Origin: Trichodelitschia bisporula
Taxonomy: Eukaryota
Length of the DNA stretch: 64,000 bases
Direction: 5' to 3'
Assembly (NCBI GenBank): GCA_010356995.1
Contig: ML996697.1
Location: 244,153-308,152 of the forward strand
The notes under the pieces were generated by a model. The model worked only from the letters and a program-made list of their open reading frames with translations. It searched no databases and was not told the DNA's origin. Within the stretch, counting starts at the first letter, position 1; each line of letters opens with the position of its first letter. Below, in pieces: positions 52,843 to 64,000 of the stretch. Both the position numbers and the translations under genes were made by a program.

Positions 52843-55186
52843 ATGTCGCGCCTGCGGACCCTTGCCATCGCGGTGCTTGTTACGTCCGCCTTGACATTCC
52901 TTATCATCCAGCAGTTCTACGCGGAAAGCCTGAGAGAGTTTGCGTATTCTTGGTTCAATGGCTTTGCCCAGGAAGATAGGATAGTAAAGGGGCGCGAGTA
53001 TCTCATCGGAGCAGGCAAAGCCGATATCACGGGGTTTGTTACCTTTCTGTTCAAGCCAGCTTGGAGCTCATGCATATAGACCGGTCGTCGAAATCAATCT
53101 GATGGGATATGCCGACCCGAATCAGACTGGTACTGGACTGCGGCAACGCCTTTACTCGCGTGCCTTCATCGTTGGTTCTCCAAAGAGCCCCGAGGACCGC
53201 TGGGTGTATCTCGTCCTGGACACGCAATCCGGCGATACTGCCATCCGACACGGCATCCTCGAAGGCCTACGTGACCTTGGCACGGAGTATGTTGTCTATA
53301 GACGCCACAATGTTGCCGTTACTGGCACGCATTCTCACTCTGGACCGGCTGCCTGGCTCAACTATCTCCTCCCTCAGATTACCAGTCGTGGCTTCGATAA
53401 GCAGAGCTACGATGCCATAGTGACAGGTGCCATTCGCTCCATTCAACGTGCTCATGAAAGCCTCGTTCCGGGGCGCTTGAGCATTGGGACGACGGACGTT
53501 GACGACGGGAGCATCAACCGCAGTCTGTATGCTTATCTTGCCAACCCCACCGAGGAGCGTGAGAAGTATTCAGACAGCGTCGACAGGGCTCTCACTCTTT
53601 TACGTCTCACTCGTGCTTCTGATGGCAAGGATATTGGCGTCCTTACTTGGTTTGCGGTCCACGGAACATCGCTCCACGGCAACAATACCCTTATTACTGG
53701 CGACAATAAAGGCGTCGCGGCCTATCTCCTCGAGAAAGCAGTCAAAGCCTCATCTTCCGCCGCTCCAGGCTTCGTCGCTGGGTTCTCGCAAGCCAACGTC
53801 GGCGATACCTCGCCTAACGTCCTTGGTGCCTTCTGCGAAGACGGTTCTGGCGACCAGTGCAAATTGGAAGACTCCACCTGTAATGGCCGCAATCAGGCAT
53901 GTCATGGCCGAGGGCCCCACTTTGGACTTGACGACAGCGGTACCAAGTCCTGCTTTGAAATCGGACGCCGTCAATTCCACTCCGCGAAGACACTATACGA
54001 CGCAATGACGGCGGAGGAGCCCGGTGCAGCCACCCCTGTTACAGGCCGCAGTATTCGCGCCCTGCACACGTTTGCCGATATCAGCAACTACTCTTTCTCA
54101 CATCCCAACGGTTCAATTGTACGCACATGCCCCGCCGCTTTGGGCTATTCTTTCGCCGCTGGCACATCGGACGGACCGGGAGCCTTTGACTTCACGCAGA
54201 ACAACCCAGGTGACCCATCCGCCAGCCCCATGTGGACCGTCGTGCGTGACTTGCTGCACAAGCCCTCAGAGGAGCAAATAGCCTGTCAGGCTCCGAAGCC
54301 CATCCTGCTCGATGCGGGTGAGAGCAAGAAGCCGTACGATTGGGCACCGAACATTGTCGATATCCAGCTGCTGCGTGTGGGCCAGGTTGTCATCATCGTC
54401 AGCCCGGGCGAGGCGACTACTATGGCTGGACGGCGGTGGCGAGACGCTGTACGGGTGGGCGCCTTGGACATGGGGCTCCTCGCTGATGCGGAGGATACGG
54501 CGCATGCGGATCCTGTGGTCTTGCTCGGCGGGCCAGCGAATAGTTACACGCACTATATCACGACGGAAGAGGAGTACGGTATCCAGCGTTATGAGGGCGC
54601 GTCGACGCTGTACGGGCCGCACACGTTGAATGCGTACATCAACCTTACTCTGTCGAACTTACATTTCCTGGCAGCGGGTGCTGGAAGCCCAGAACATGGG
54701 CCGGCTCCACCTGTTAACACGAACCGGAGCTTGAGCTTTATCCGGGGGGTGGTGGTTGACAACCCGGGATTTTTCAAGAGCTTCGGCGATGTGCTCGAGG
54801 ACGTGGAGCCGCAGTACGAAAGAGGCCATGTTGCCAGCGTCGTCTTTGTCGGCGCGAATCCGAGGAATAATCTGCGGCTGGAGGATACGTTTGCTTCTGT
54901 CGAGCGATGGACTGGTAATGATGATTATGATGACGAGCTTAGACTCCGCGAAAGAGGAGAGTATAAGGACTGGGAGAGGGTTCTTTCGGATGAGGACTGG
55001 GAACTCGTGTTCCACTGGGAGCGGACGAACACTGCACTGGGCATGAGCAGAGTGAAAATTGAGTGGGAAATTGGAGGGCATACGAAGCGTGGCCGGTATC
55101 GGTTGCGATATTTTGGAGACTCGAAGAGTTTGGGTGGCACGATTACCTCCTTTGAGGGAGTGAGTTCGGAGTTCTTGGTCATCTGA
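52843..55186 (+). CDS. Neutral/alkaline non-lysosomal ceramidase, one intron
   Basis: N-terminal TM, GKADITGP, GLRQRLYSRAF, THSHSGP, VHGTS, GDNKG, GDTSPN, GEATTMAGRR, YEGASTLYGP. Confidence 0.95.
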
Positions 55187-55724
55187 TTCGAGTGTCAGGA
55201 TTGGGATGATTAGATGGATAGAGGTACAAGGCGTTGGCGGATCCCTGTATTGAGTATGTCTGATATGCTATGGAAGGCATCTTAGGACTTAAACCCATCC
55301 TTCCGTGCTGGTTTCATATCCTTAGCTTCGTCCCTTTTGAGAGGTATCCCTCATCGTATGTCACAGCCGTAAGTATCTTGCCCGTATCTCAGTGGATATG
55401 GTTTGCTGACAACTTCACTCGCCACAGGTAGCATGATAGACTCTTCAGCGCAGCTCCGTCAAATCTAGCGAAGTACACGGCAGGCAAGATGGCCGTCAAC
55501 GGTCCTTCCTCCTAGATATGCTCTTTCCCGCTTTCCCAACAGACTCCAACCCGCTCCTGCCAACTGTTCGACCACGCAGCCTCGAGAACTGGCAATTACA
55601 CCGCTTGGCAGCCCCAGTCGCCTATTCAACTACTACGTAGCGTTCCAGTTGCTCACACAGACCCAATCCGCAAATCTCAATCCTTCGTCAACTGCCCGCC
55701 GGCCAAAAGGCTTCCTCTCCTTCA

Positions 55725-56884
55725 ATGCGTTCCAATCTGCTTGCCGCTGTCACCGGGCTTTTTGCTCTGGTCAGCGCTGTTGCTCTTCCCCAGCGAAGGC
55801 AAACCATCAACCCCGCCAACTTCCGGCAGATCCTGTGCCCATCGGCGAATGGATCCATCATAGAAGTGCGTCCCCGCTTCCGCATCATCCGCCCGTGCCC
55901 CTGGTCGGACTCCCTGCGTAAGCATGCGGTGGAAGTCGACTGTGGCGGAACTCCGGTCCCCACTCACGGCACCGACGGGACGATATTCACCCCTGTGGTG
56001 CCCGATTATGCGTGTGTCGGCTTCAATGGAACGGTGGTGGTCTGGTGTGGTGGCAAGTGGACGGAGGCGTGGTTGGTGCACAGCGGTGTTAAGCCGAAGA
56101 ACGGGGAGTGCGGTGCTGAAGTATTGGCTGTTTCCACGATTATCGCCAACAGCAGTGCTCACTCTGTCCCTGCGAACGTCTCTTACTCGTGGAACCGTCG
56201 GGCCCATAAAATAAACCACTCTACCATAGATCCTCACTCCAAATCGGCCCCGGGCCCGAAGACGGAGAACCCCGACTCCCCACCGCCTCCTAACCGGAGG
56301 GCCGATAACCTACCCTTCTCCGGTTCGGCTACCAACAACTACGCTGACCCTCCTCCCATGCCGACACAGTGCTTCATGGGCGATAAGCAAAACAACGACC
56401 CCAGCCTGTCTTCCTGTCCAGTTGTGTTTGATGAGTGGGGTTTCCCGCTCGGGACCTTTGAGGACGAGCCGTCGCCAGAGTTACTCGCGGACTCGCTGGC
56501 GGCGGGTGATATCACGCAGCAAGAGATCGATAACTCGAGGGCATGGGGCTTGATACCTCCCGCAACCAAGATTTACGAGCGCACGATTGTGGACGACGAC
56601 TGTGCGACGACCTGTGGCACGCGGTATACCGAATGCCTTGAGGTAAGTTAAACTCTAGAGCAATGTTGTAATGCTTATGGAGTAGGATCCTAAAAGCAAG
56701 CATGTCCAGCTTTGTGCGCAACGCGTCTGTCTGCCGAACAGCAAGGTAAGTTTGTTGTAAGGTTTTGCCGGCAGAGGCTAACAGGCCGTAGTATGACTCT
56801 TGCTACCCTCTGCGCCAGAAGTTGCCTATGAAGCGAAAGAACGGACACAGGAATGAAGACGCAGCTAGGGCTAAGGTAGAGTAG
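55725..56884 (+). CDS. Hypothetical secreted Cys-containing protein; exons 55725-56642, 56686-56745, 56792-56884
   Basis: Signal peptide MRSNLLAAVTGLFALVSAVAL followed by dibasic RR. Two phase-0 GTAAGT..AG introns extend the frame to TAG at 56884. Confidence 0.7.
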
Positions 56885-57497
56885 AAGTGTCTGGGTTGTA
56901 ACTAACTCTGGTCGGCGTTCTGTCTGGTTTTGGGGGTCTCGATTTTTCGCGGATGTCTACTGGACGTTGATGAGGATTGCAACCTAGAGGTGCGTTGTGA
57001 TTGCGGGCTTGTCTTCGGCTAAAATGGAATTCAGGTGGTGCTATTACTACCGGTAATGCTTTGATGCGGTGATGGGCTCTCTGATATACGTCCGGCCTGA
57101 ACCGATGTTCAGTTCACAATCGAACTGAATCACCACCACCCTTGGATCAGACACTTGATCAGAAAGCACAGCACGGAGCACGGTACAGTACGCAACCAGT
57201 CTGAAAGCATAGGCTACCAAACGCTCGCCCTCGTCGCCCAACCCACGACCAGCAAGTAGTTCTACCCACCAGCCCCAGCCAGAGCAAGCGCAGTAGAGCA
57301 GAGCAGAGCAGCAGGAGTAGTGTAGTAGTAATCATAGCCCTCAATCGAAGCGCTAGAAAACACCGGCCAAAAAATCACCCCTTTCTCTCGCCCGCATGAT
57401 CACACCCAATCTAACCATCTCGCAACCGGAGAATCGAGAAAAAAGCACTCGGCCCCTATCCGCCTATGCTACCATCCCCACCACCTCCCTGCAGCAC

Positions 57498-58886
57498 CTA
57501 GTGCGTAGACAGCGGATCCACACCGTCATCATGCCGCTGTTTGCTCGGATCGTTGCGCCGCATGATACTCTCCACCGGGCCCAGGAGGCGCTGGAAGCCG
57601 TCCTTGCCCAGGGTCGCAACCTTGATATCCGTCTTCGCGACGACAGATGCGGCGCGGGGCGCATCGTTGAGCAGGGCCAGCTCGCCAAAGTAATCGCCCT
57701 TGCCGTACTTGTGGACAGGGCCCGGTGTGCCCGTCTTGAACACCTCCGCCTCGCCAGACTCGAGGATATAAAAGTTCTCACCGGGGTCGCCTTCTTGAAT
57801 CACCGTCGCACCAGCCGGGAACTTGCGGGTTTCGAGAGCGTCGGCGATTTTGCTGCGCTCGTAGGCCGTGAGGGAGGAGAGCAGTTTGACTTCCTCCAGG
57901 AAAGACTCGTACATGCGGCGGCGCTGGAAGGCACTGTCCATCAGGATGCGGCGGAATGTGACGCGGTCGAGGGCCCACAGCATGCTCGACTCAGTGCTGA
58001 CGACTGTCGCGGCGCGCGGGGCGTTGTACATGAGCGCGAGTTCGCCGAACGAGCCGCCGGGACCGCAGGAAGCGACCTTGTTGCCCAAGCCATCTGGGCC
58101 GGCCTCCAGCTTGCCAGACGGGTTGACAAAGATGTCAAAGTTGCCACTCTCGACTACGTAAAAGTAGTCGCCCACGTCGCCCTGCTGGATGACCTTGATA
58201 CCCTTGGCGGGAATCGGCTTCTCCTGCAGCGCTCCGAGCACCTGCGACGACTGTTCATCGTCGAGATGAGTGAAGAGGAAGTTGGTAGCGACAGCCTTCC
58301 GCAGACGGGACTCCTGATCCGCCGTCTTAGGGTTATGTGGAGGGGTCCAGTTGTCCTGGATTGAGGTGGCGGGGTTGAGGGACTCGGCGGAAACGGAGGT
58401 ACGGCGGTTCAGGTTGTAGTTGGAGGGGAAGGAGGGAGAGTCCATGGTACCGGCGCTGAAGGCGGGGGGTCCGCCGCCGAGCTTGGAGCGGACACCAGCT
58501 CCGAAGCCGTCATAATTGCCAAAGGTGTCGGACGAGGAAGCGTCGGGAGCTTTGCCAGTGTCCATGGTTGACTGAGGAAAGTGTGCGGTGGTGGGCGATC
58601 CAATGGTGTCTCCTTCTTCCTCTTCGTCCAAACGGTGCATTCCAGCGCCGGATTGAGATGTGCCAAATGGATTGCTGCCCGGGAATGAGCTCTCAGCCAT
58701 CGGCGTGGCACGCGATGACGCAGCTACCGAACTTTGCTGGCTGCCTCGCAGGTGATTGGCGCGCTCAGCCTCAAGACGACGTAAGAAATAGTTTGCGCAG
58801 AACTGAAGGACGTCGGTAGGTTTGTTGCGGGCAATTTCGTGGTTGAGCTCTTCGATTTCTTTCGAGTATGCCGGTGGCAGCGACAT
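57498..58886 (-). CDS. BCY1: cAMP-dependent protein kinase regulatory subunit (Bcy1/PkaR), intronless
   Basis: D/D domain PTDVLQFCANYF, inhibitor site RRTSVSAE, and two CNB domains (FGELALMYNAPRAAT, FGELALLNDAPRAAS). Confidence 0.97.
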   Translation of the reverse strand: MSLPPAYSKEIEELNHEIARNKPTDVLQFCANYFLRRLEAERANHLRGSQQSSVAASSRATPMAESSFPGSNPFGTSQSGAGMHRLDEEEEGDTIGSPTTAHFPQSTMDTGKAPDASSSDTFGNYDGFGAGVRSKLGGGPPAFSAGTMDSPSFPSNYNLNRRTSVSAESLNPATSIQDNWTPPHNPKTADQESRLRKAVATNFLFTHLDDEQSSQVLGALQEKPIPAKGIKVIQQGDVGDYFYVVESGNFDIFVNPSGKLEAGPDGLGNKVASCGPGGSFGELALMYNAPRAATVVSTESSMLWALDRVTFRRILMDSAFQRRRMYESFLEEVKLLSSLTAYERSKIADALETRKFPAGATVIQEGDPGENFYILESGEAEVFKTGTPGPVHKYGKGDYFGELALLNDAPRAASVVAKTDIKVATLGKDGFQRLLGPVESIMRRNDPSKQRHDDGVDPLSTH

Positions 58887-59668
58887 TGAAGGAAGAAGGG
58901 AGGGGGAGGGGGGGAGGGGGAGGTTCGGAGTGGGCTGGCGGCCAGGTTTCGGTGTGTGGGTGAGGGGTGGGGGAGGGGGGGGGATTCTGTGTGTGGAGAG
59001 AGTGGAGGGGGGGTGGTTCGTGCGTCGCGGGTGCGGATGTGGGAGCTTGGTGCGCGGCGGTTGCGGGTGGTGGACGAGTGGATGAGTGAGAGGAGAGTAA
59101 TGGAGAGAGGGGTAGGTTCGGGGGGTTGCTGTTCCGCTAGAACACGCTTGCGCAGTATGAGCTGCTGGCAACGGAGAGAAGCGCTGGGGTGGGTGAGTGT
59201 GGGAGCACCAGGGCCCTTGACGCAACGATGTGCAGGGATGAAGTTAGCTGTACAAGGTGACCCAGAGAGGGGTAGGATGAGAGACGAAGAGAGGATCGAC
59301 GGGTGTGGTTTAGAGGCATTGAAGCCCGAAAGGTTTGGGATAAACAATGAGGTCGACGATGTGCGGGGTTGGTGGGGGAGGAGCGGGGATGGGATTGTAG
59401 GTAAGCTGGCGGAGTCGGAGATGCGGTGATTTGAGGAGGGACCAAGGTGGGGGGGTAGGAAGGTGTGGGGGGGTAGGAAGGTGTGGGAGGGGTGGAATGA
59501 GTAACCAGGGCGGACAGTGGCAGCAGCAGCAGCAGCAGGAGCGATGATGGGTGGGTGATACGACGTGCAGCAGTTAGATGCTCTCTGTTGGTAGGGGGGG
59601 GAGGTGGGAGGGGGATTGGGAGAGATGGGATAGATCAGCAGAGCAGGAGGATTTGAGGAGATGGGATT

Positions 59669-59843
59669 GAAGGAGAAGAAGCTGAAGAAGCTGAAGAAGC
59701 TGAAGAAGCCGAAGAAGCTGAAGAGGAAGAGGAAGAGGAAGAAGCTGAAGAAGCTGAAGAGGAAGAGGAAGAAGCTGGAGAAGCTGATGAGGAAGAGGAA
59801 GAGGAAGAAGAAGAATAAGGGCAAGGGACGAAGAAGAAGAGCT
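59669..59843. repeat. Purine-rich compound tandem repeat (GAAGAAGCT)n/(GAAGAG)n
   Basis: Directly visible, upstream of the PKA-R start codon. Confidence 0.9.
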
Positions 59844-61088
59844 TAGATAGTGGGTCGCTCCTCTCTCCTTTAGCTTTCTCTGTGCAGTCGGTGTGTCTTT
59901 GCTTCTCCGTATGGAGGGTGTGTACGGATGTGTGTCTTTGCTTGTCTCTGCTCCCTTCGCCCTCCTCAACTATTTTGTTGCACTCGAGTCTCGCAACAAA
60001 GACACTTTAGGCGCAAGGAAGAGGGTACGATTGGCGAAGCTGCAACAGCGAGGGGAAGGGAAAGCGGTGACAGTTGACCCGCGTGGCTTGGAACGTGAAG
60101 GTGCGTCACTAGATTTGAAGGAAAGCTTCGACCCTTTCTTCTCTTCTACTTTCCCGCTCTCTTCCACATACGGTACAAGTCCAGCCGCTAAGGGAAAGGA
60201 AGCAAGGACACCAAAAAAAGAGGCGGCGACAGGCGGAAGGTGGAAGTGCGTGAAATGCGGGGCGGCGACTTCTAGAAGCGGTCGAGAGGCCTTCGAGAAA
60301 GTGACCCGTGCGCAGCTTTCGGGAGTTGCGCTCCCGTCATCGGCCAATGATCTCCATCACCCAATCTTTCCTTCCCCTCCAAAAGCAGGGCCGGCCAACA
60401 GCCAAACAGGGTCAACAGGTCCGTGCGCCTTACCTCGCAGATCTGCTTGCCGTCATTGCGAAGGGCTGATGACAAAAGTCCTGTCACCCCCCGGCGACTA
60501 GACCTCTGCCAAAATTTGGAGGAGGGAGGGCATGACTTTTTCAGGTAGCCTTTAGCCCTTGATACCTCTCATCCCACCCCACTCTACCCTACCGCCCAAG
60601 GGCTAGGTAAAAAATAAGTCGTGTCACCGCCTACCTGGCTGTTGTTAGAGGCCACCGACGCATGGGCGACACGACTTTTTACTTCGCCCTGCGCAGCTGT
60701 TTGCCCATGCATAGGCACCAGGCACCGGACGAGTACGGGAATGCGAATTGAGACACACAGGAACACTGGCACGCAAGCATACATAGACACACATAGTACA
60801 TCACAAGAAATTGGAAGAATTATCTATGTTGGCTTCTCCAGTGTCTGTAGGTACATGCAATCCATCAGAGCAGGTTGCCCCCCCAGGTGTATGTCGCATC
60901 CCCGGTCCACCAGACGCCCGTATTCTAGCACCCGGGTATACAACTAGAAGTACCCCCCGAACGCCAGACCCGCAATCAACTAAAACCCTGCCATGTCATA
61001 CATTCCCATCGTTCGGAAATAGCCCACGAATTGCGCCGTATGTCAAAGAACAGATGCAACCTCCAGCGCGTTCAGAAAAGCAAACAAA

Positions 61089-64000
61089 CTACTCGTAACC
61101 ATCCATCTCCATCCAGTCCGGCGTCATGTCAGCCAGAACCTGTTCCAGGCGCTCTCTAATATCTCCAATCAGCCGGTTCCGATCCCACACTCCACGACCC
61201 TTCCAGATGGCGTTCATCAAACCAGCGTGGAGGCGCTCTAGCTGCTCCACGGTGAATTCGTCGGTACGCGAGACCAACTCAGCACGGAGCTCGGCAAGAG
61301 CAAGGTCGTCAACAATGAACGGCGGAGGCTCGACAACTGTCTGCGGCTCAACCGGAGCAGGCGGCCCCAGTCCCGCAGCAGAGGGAGCTGGGTTCAGAAT
61401 TGCGTCTATGTTCGAAACGTGGCCAGGCGGAGGCCCAACGGCAGGCGCAGTCGATGTAGGAGGTGCAAATGCCGTGATGCCCGGAGGCAGGTGCGAGGTG
61501 CGAGCGTGAGGCGGAAGCGCGGGCACCGAGAACGCCTGCTGAGAGTTGCCAGGCTGCGACTGCGAAGACGTGTGCTGAGTCGAGGGGATTTCTGTTTCGC
61601 GGTAATTAGCATTCTTGCAGGAATGTATCAAAGACCTGTGACATACCGTATCCGTCACCGGCACTACCGCTACCAGCACTATCACCGAGTGTCTCACGAC
61701 GGAAGCGGCTATCTGCAGAATCTTGCTGCGTGTCTGGCAACTGGCTGCCGCTGCCACGCGACAATTTCCCAAGCACAGAGAAGTCAGGGAACTCGCGGCC
61801 CTGCGTGCCATTCGTGCTCGTCTTCTGGGCTGAATTGCTCGTCGTCGTGCTCGCACTGTTGAGGTAATCGCCGGCATTGGTGCCCGGGGCCATCTTCTCC
61901 AGAGCGCTGCGCTGGCTCAAGCCGAAGCCGCCTGGATGTTCAGGCTGCGATGGGTAATGCACCCCGTTGCTGCCGTTGGATAAGCGAGGAGGTGTGGTAA
62001 GGTCGTGTTGTGCGGTGGGGGCCGCCTGAGTCGAAGGTCCAGCTGCGCCATCCGCCGTGTCAACCGCTGTGCCTAAGACAGCCTGCATCTGTTTCTCTGC
62101 CTTGCTCTGGTCCGACTTAGCCTTGCGACGCTCCTGCTCGCGGGCCCACATCTCCTCGCAGTCGGCGAAGAAGCCTGGGTTCTGAGTGTCAAGAAGATGA
62201 AGATCGAGTTCCACAGCACTCAACAGTTCTTCGCCTTTGTAAAAACGATCGGCATCCCCTATCGTCTGTGCATCTTTGACCATTTGCTTGATCTCTGTGA
62301 AGAAATCCTGCGGGCGCAAGTAGTGGCCGACGGCAATACGGCGTTCAATTAACGTGAGGTCGATGTTGTAAAACTTCTTCCCACTCTCCACGTGTCTAAC
62401 CATTGGGGTATTGTGCTTGTCAACATCATGCTCCCAAGGGCGATGTATGTTCTGCTCCGCGCGCTGGGTCGAATCAAGGTCAGTGGAGAGCTGGGCTGGA
62501 TCACTCTCCGCATAAAGGTATTCAAATTCCTTGTTGTCGATGACCGTGGTGCGGAACTTTTTGAATCGATTCTTCAGATGGTCCAGAAGTGGAGCGAGCG
62601 AGACCTTGAGGCGGATCATCGTCTTCCGGTCCTTCGCCTTGAATGCCCTAGTGTCTTCCTTGGAGGGACCCTCAGCGACAACGGGCTCAGGAGCGAACGG
62701 AAGAACATCTAGTTTGCGCTTCTTGCGGCTGTTCTCGTCGGGGAAGTCTGACGGACGCTTCCGAATGTACTCGACAACGGTTTCGAAAAACTCTTGGCGG
62801 CAGTGCTCGTCCGGTTTCTCGATATGGAAGACGTTCTGCTTCGCAAAGCCGAAAAGATCGCGCATCATTTGCCGGTTGATAGGCTCATCTGCATCAGCTT
62901 CCATAAGACCCAAGAGCATGACCGGATCGTTGGGCTTGAGGCTAGCAAGAAGTGACCTGAAGATTTTGATGACGTTTGGCGGCAGAGCCTCATACCACAC
63001 ATTGACGTCGGGAATGAAGATGACGCTCGGCTTCTGACGGCGAACTTCCTTGAAGAGCTGGACGACGGCAGCTTCCGGATTGAGAGACGCATCTTCCATG
63101 ATGGTCGGCAGTGCAAAGCTTTGTACGAAGATATGCTCGAATTGATGTAGTAGAGCCGCCGCAATGTGTTGCTGTCCCATACCCCGAGCACCCTTGATGA
63201 GCATGCGAGGACGGAAGATGCGAGCCCGGTCGAACTTGCTCTGGATCATGTGTTTCTCAAAGCGGCCAGTTTCACTCCGATCATCGTACATGGCATTTTC
63301 GAGAGCTGTACGGGGGGCCTTTGTCGGCAGCATGTCCTCGAGAATGGTACACAGCTGTTTGAAGGGGTAGCGAAGAAGAGGTTGTACGGCCTCCGGAAGG
63401 GGCTCGGCTGAGCTGATTGCAGCACGAGCTGAAGATGGAACGATCTTGTTCACCGAAGTCATGAAGTCCGTGGCCAGAACTTTGATCTTGGAAGGATCGA
63501 TCAGGAGCTTCTTGTTCGAAGTGTAAATCTGAGGGAATGTCCCCTGAACGGCGTTGAGAGCTGCTTCAGTGCATAGAGCACGCAGGTCAGCGCCTCCATA
63601 GCCCTTGGTCATCTCGGCTAGCTGATCCTTCAGTTCTGGCTTGAGCGGAGGGTCCCAGTGTTTCGTGTTGATCTCAATGATAGAGCGTCGAGCAACCGTG
63701 TCAGGGAGCGGGAAGTAAAACTCACGGTCGAAACGACCGGGGCGACGCAGAGCCGGATCGACGGAGTCGGGGCGATTGGTGGCGCCGATAACAATGACCT
63801 GGCCACGGCCATCAAGACCATCCATGAGAGCGAGAAGAGTGGCGACGATCGATGCATGCGTCTGGTCTGACTTGGACGAGCGTGTCGGGGCGATGCCGTC
63901 TATTTCATCAAAGAAGATGATGCTCGGCTGAGTACGGCGCGCTTCCTCGAAGAGCATCTTGAGTTGTCGCTCTGCTTCGCCGACCCACTTGCTGAGCGTA
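61089..64000 (-). CDS. YTA7: Yta7/ATAD2-like AAA+ ATPase with a divergent bromodomain; 5' part lies outside the window; intron 61592-61646
   Basis: LSKWVGEAERQL, IIFFDEIDG, LLALMDGLDGRG, ATNRPD, RRPGRFDREF, a degenerate second AAA domain (RPRMLI..GMGQ), NIDL..IERRI, and the C-terminal TVEQLERL. Confidence 0.93.

Noticed and set aside
57396..58364. 322-aa plus-strand ORF
   Set aside because: Antisense shadow of the GC3-rich PKA-R coding sequence.
58724..59969. Phe/Leu-rich and Lys/Arg-rich ORFs (366, 131 and 61 aa)
   Set aside because: Translations of the purine tandem repeat with non-ATG or unsupported starts.

Overview
Gene-dense, GC-rich genomic DNA from a filamentous ascomycete (Pezizomycotina-type short GT-AG introns with CTRAC branch points). 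I can support about 23 protein-coding genes. In order: a Nop56/58-like 3' end, RPC17, cutinase, SNF1, a CnjB-like zinc-knuckle protein, a SAM methyltransferase, chitin synthase, an uncharacterised GT2 synthase, a P450, the high-affinity cAMP phosphodiesterase, a divergent Rpb6-like gene, S-formylglutathione hydrolase, exportin-T, an S/T-rich gene, a four-gene peroxisomal cluster (acyl-CoA ligase, acyl-CoA oxidase, Zn2Cys6 factor, crotonase), SPF27, neutral ceramidase, an orphan secreted protein, the PKA regulatory subunit and a Yta7/ATAD2-like ATPase. I found no tRNA, rRNA, transposon or CRISPR array. The most notable observations are (1) a highly divergent Rpb6-like gene with an octapeptide-repeat N-terminus, (2) the PTS1-tagged beta-oxidation-type cluster with its own regulator, (3) a degenerate receiver-like domain on the phosphodiesterase, and (4) a tandemly duplicated intron-exon unit. 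All calls come from motif recognition by eye; no database searches were run, and exon boundaries are manual.
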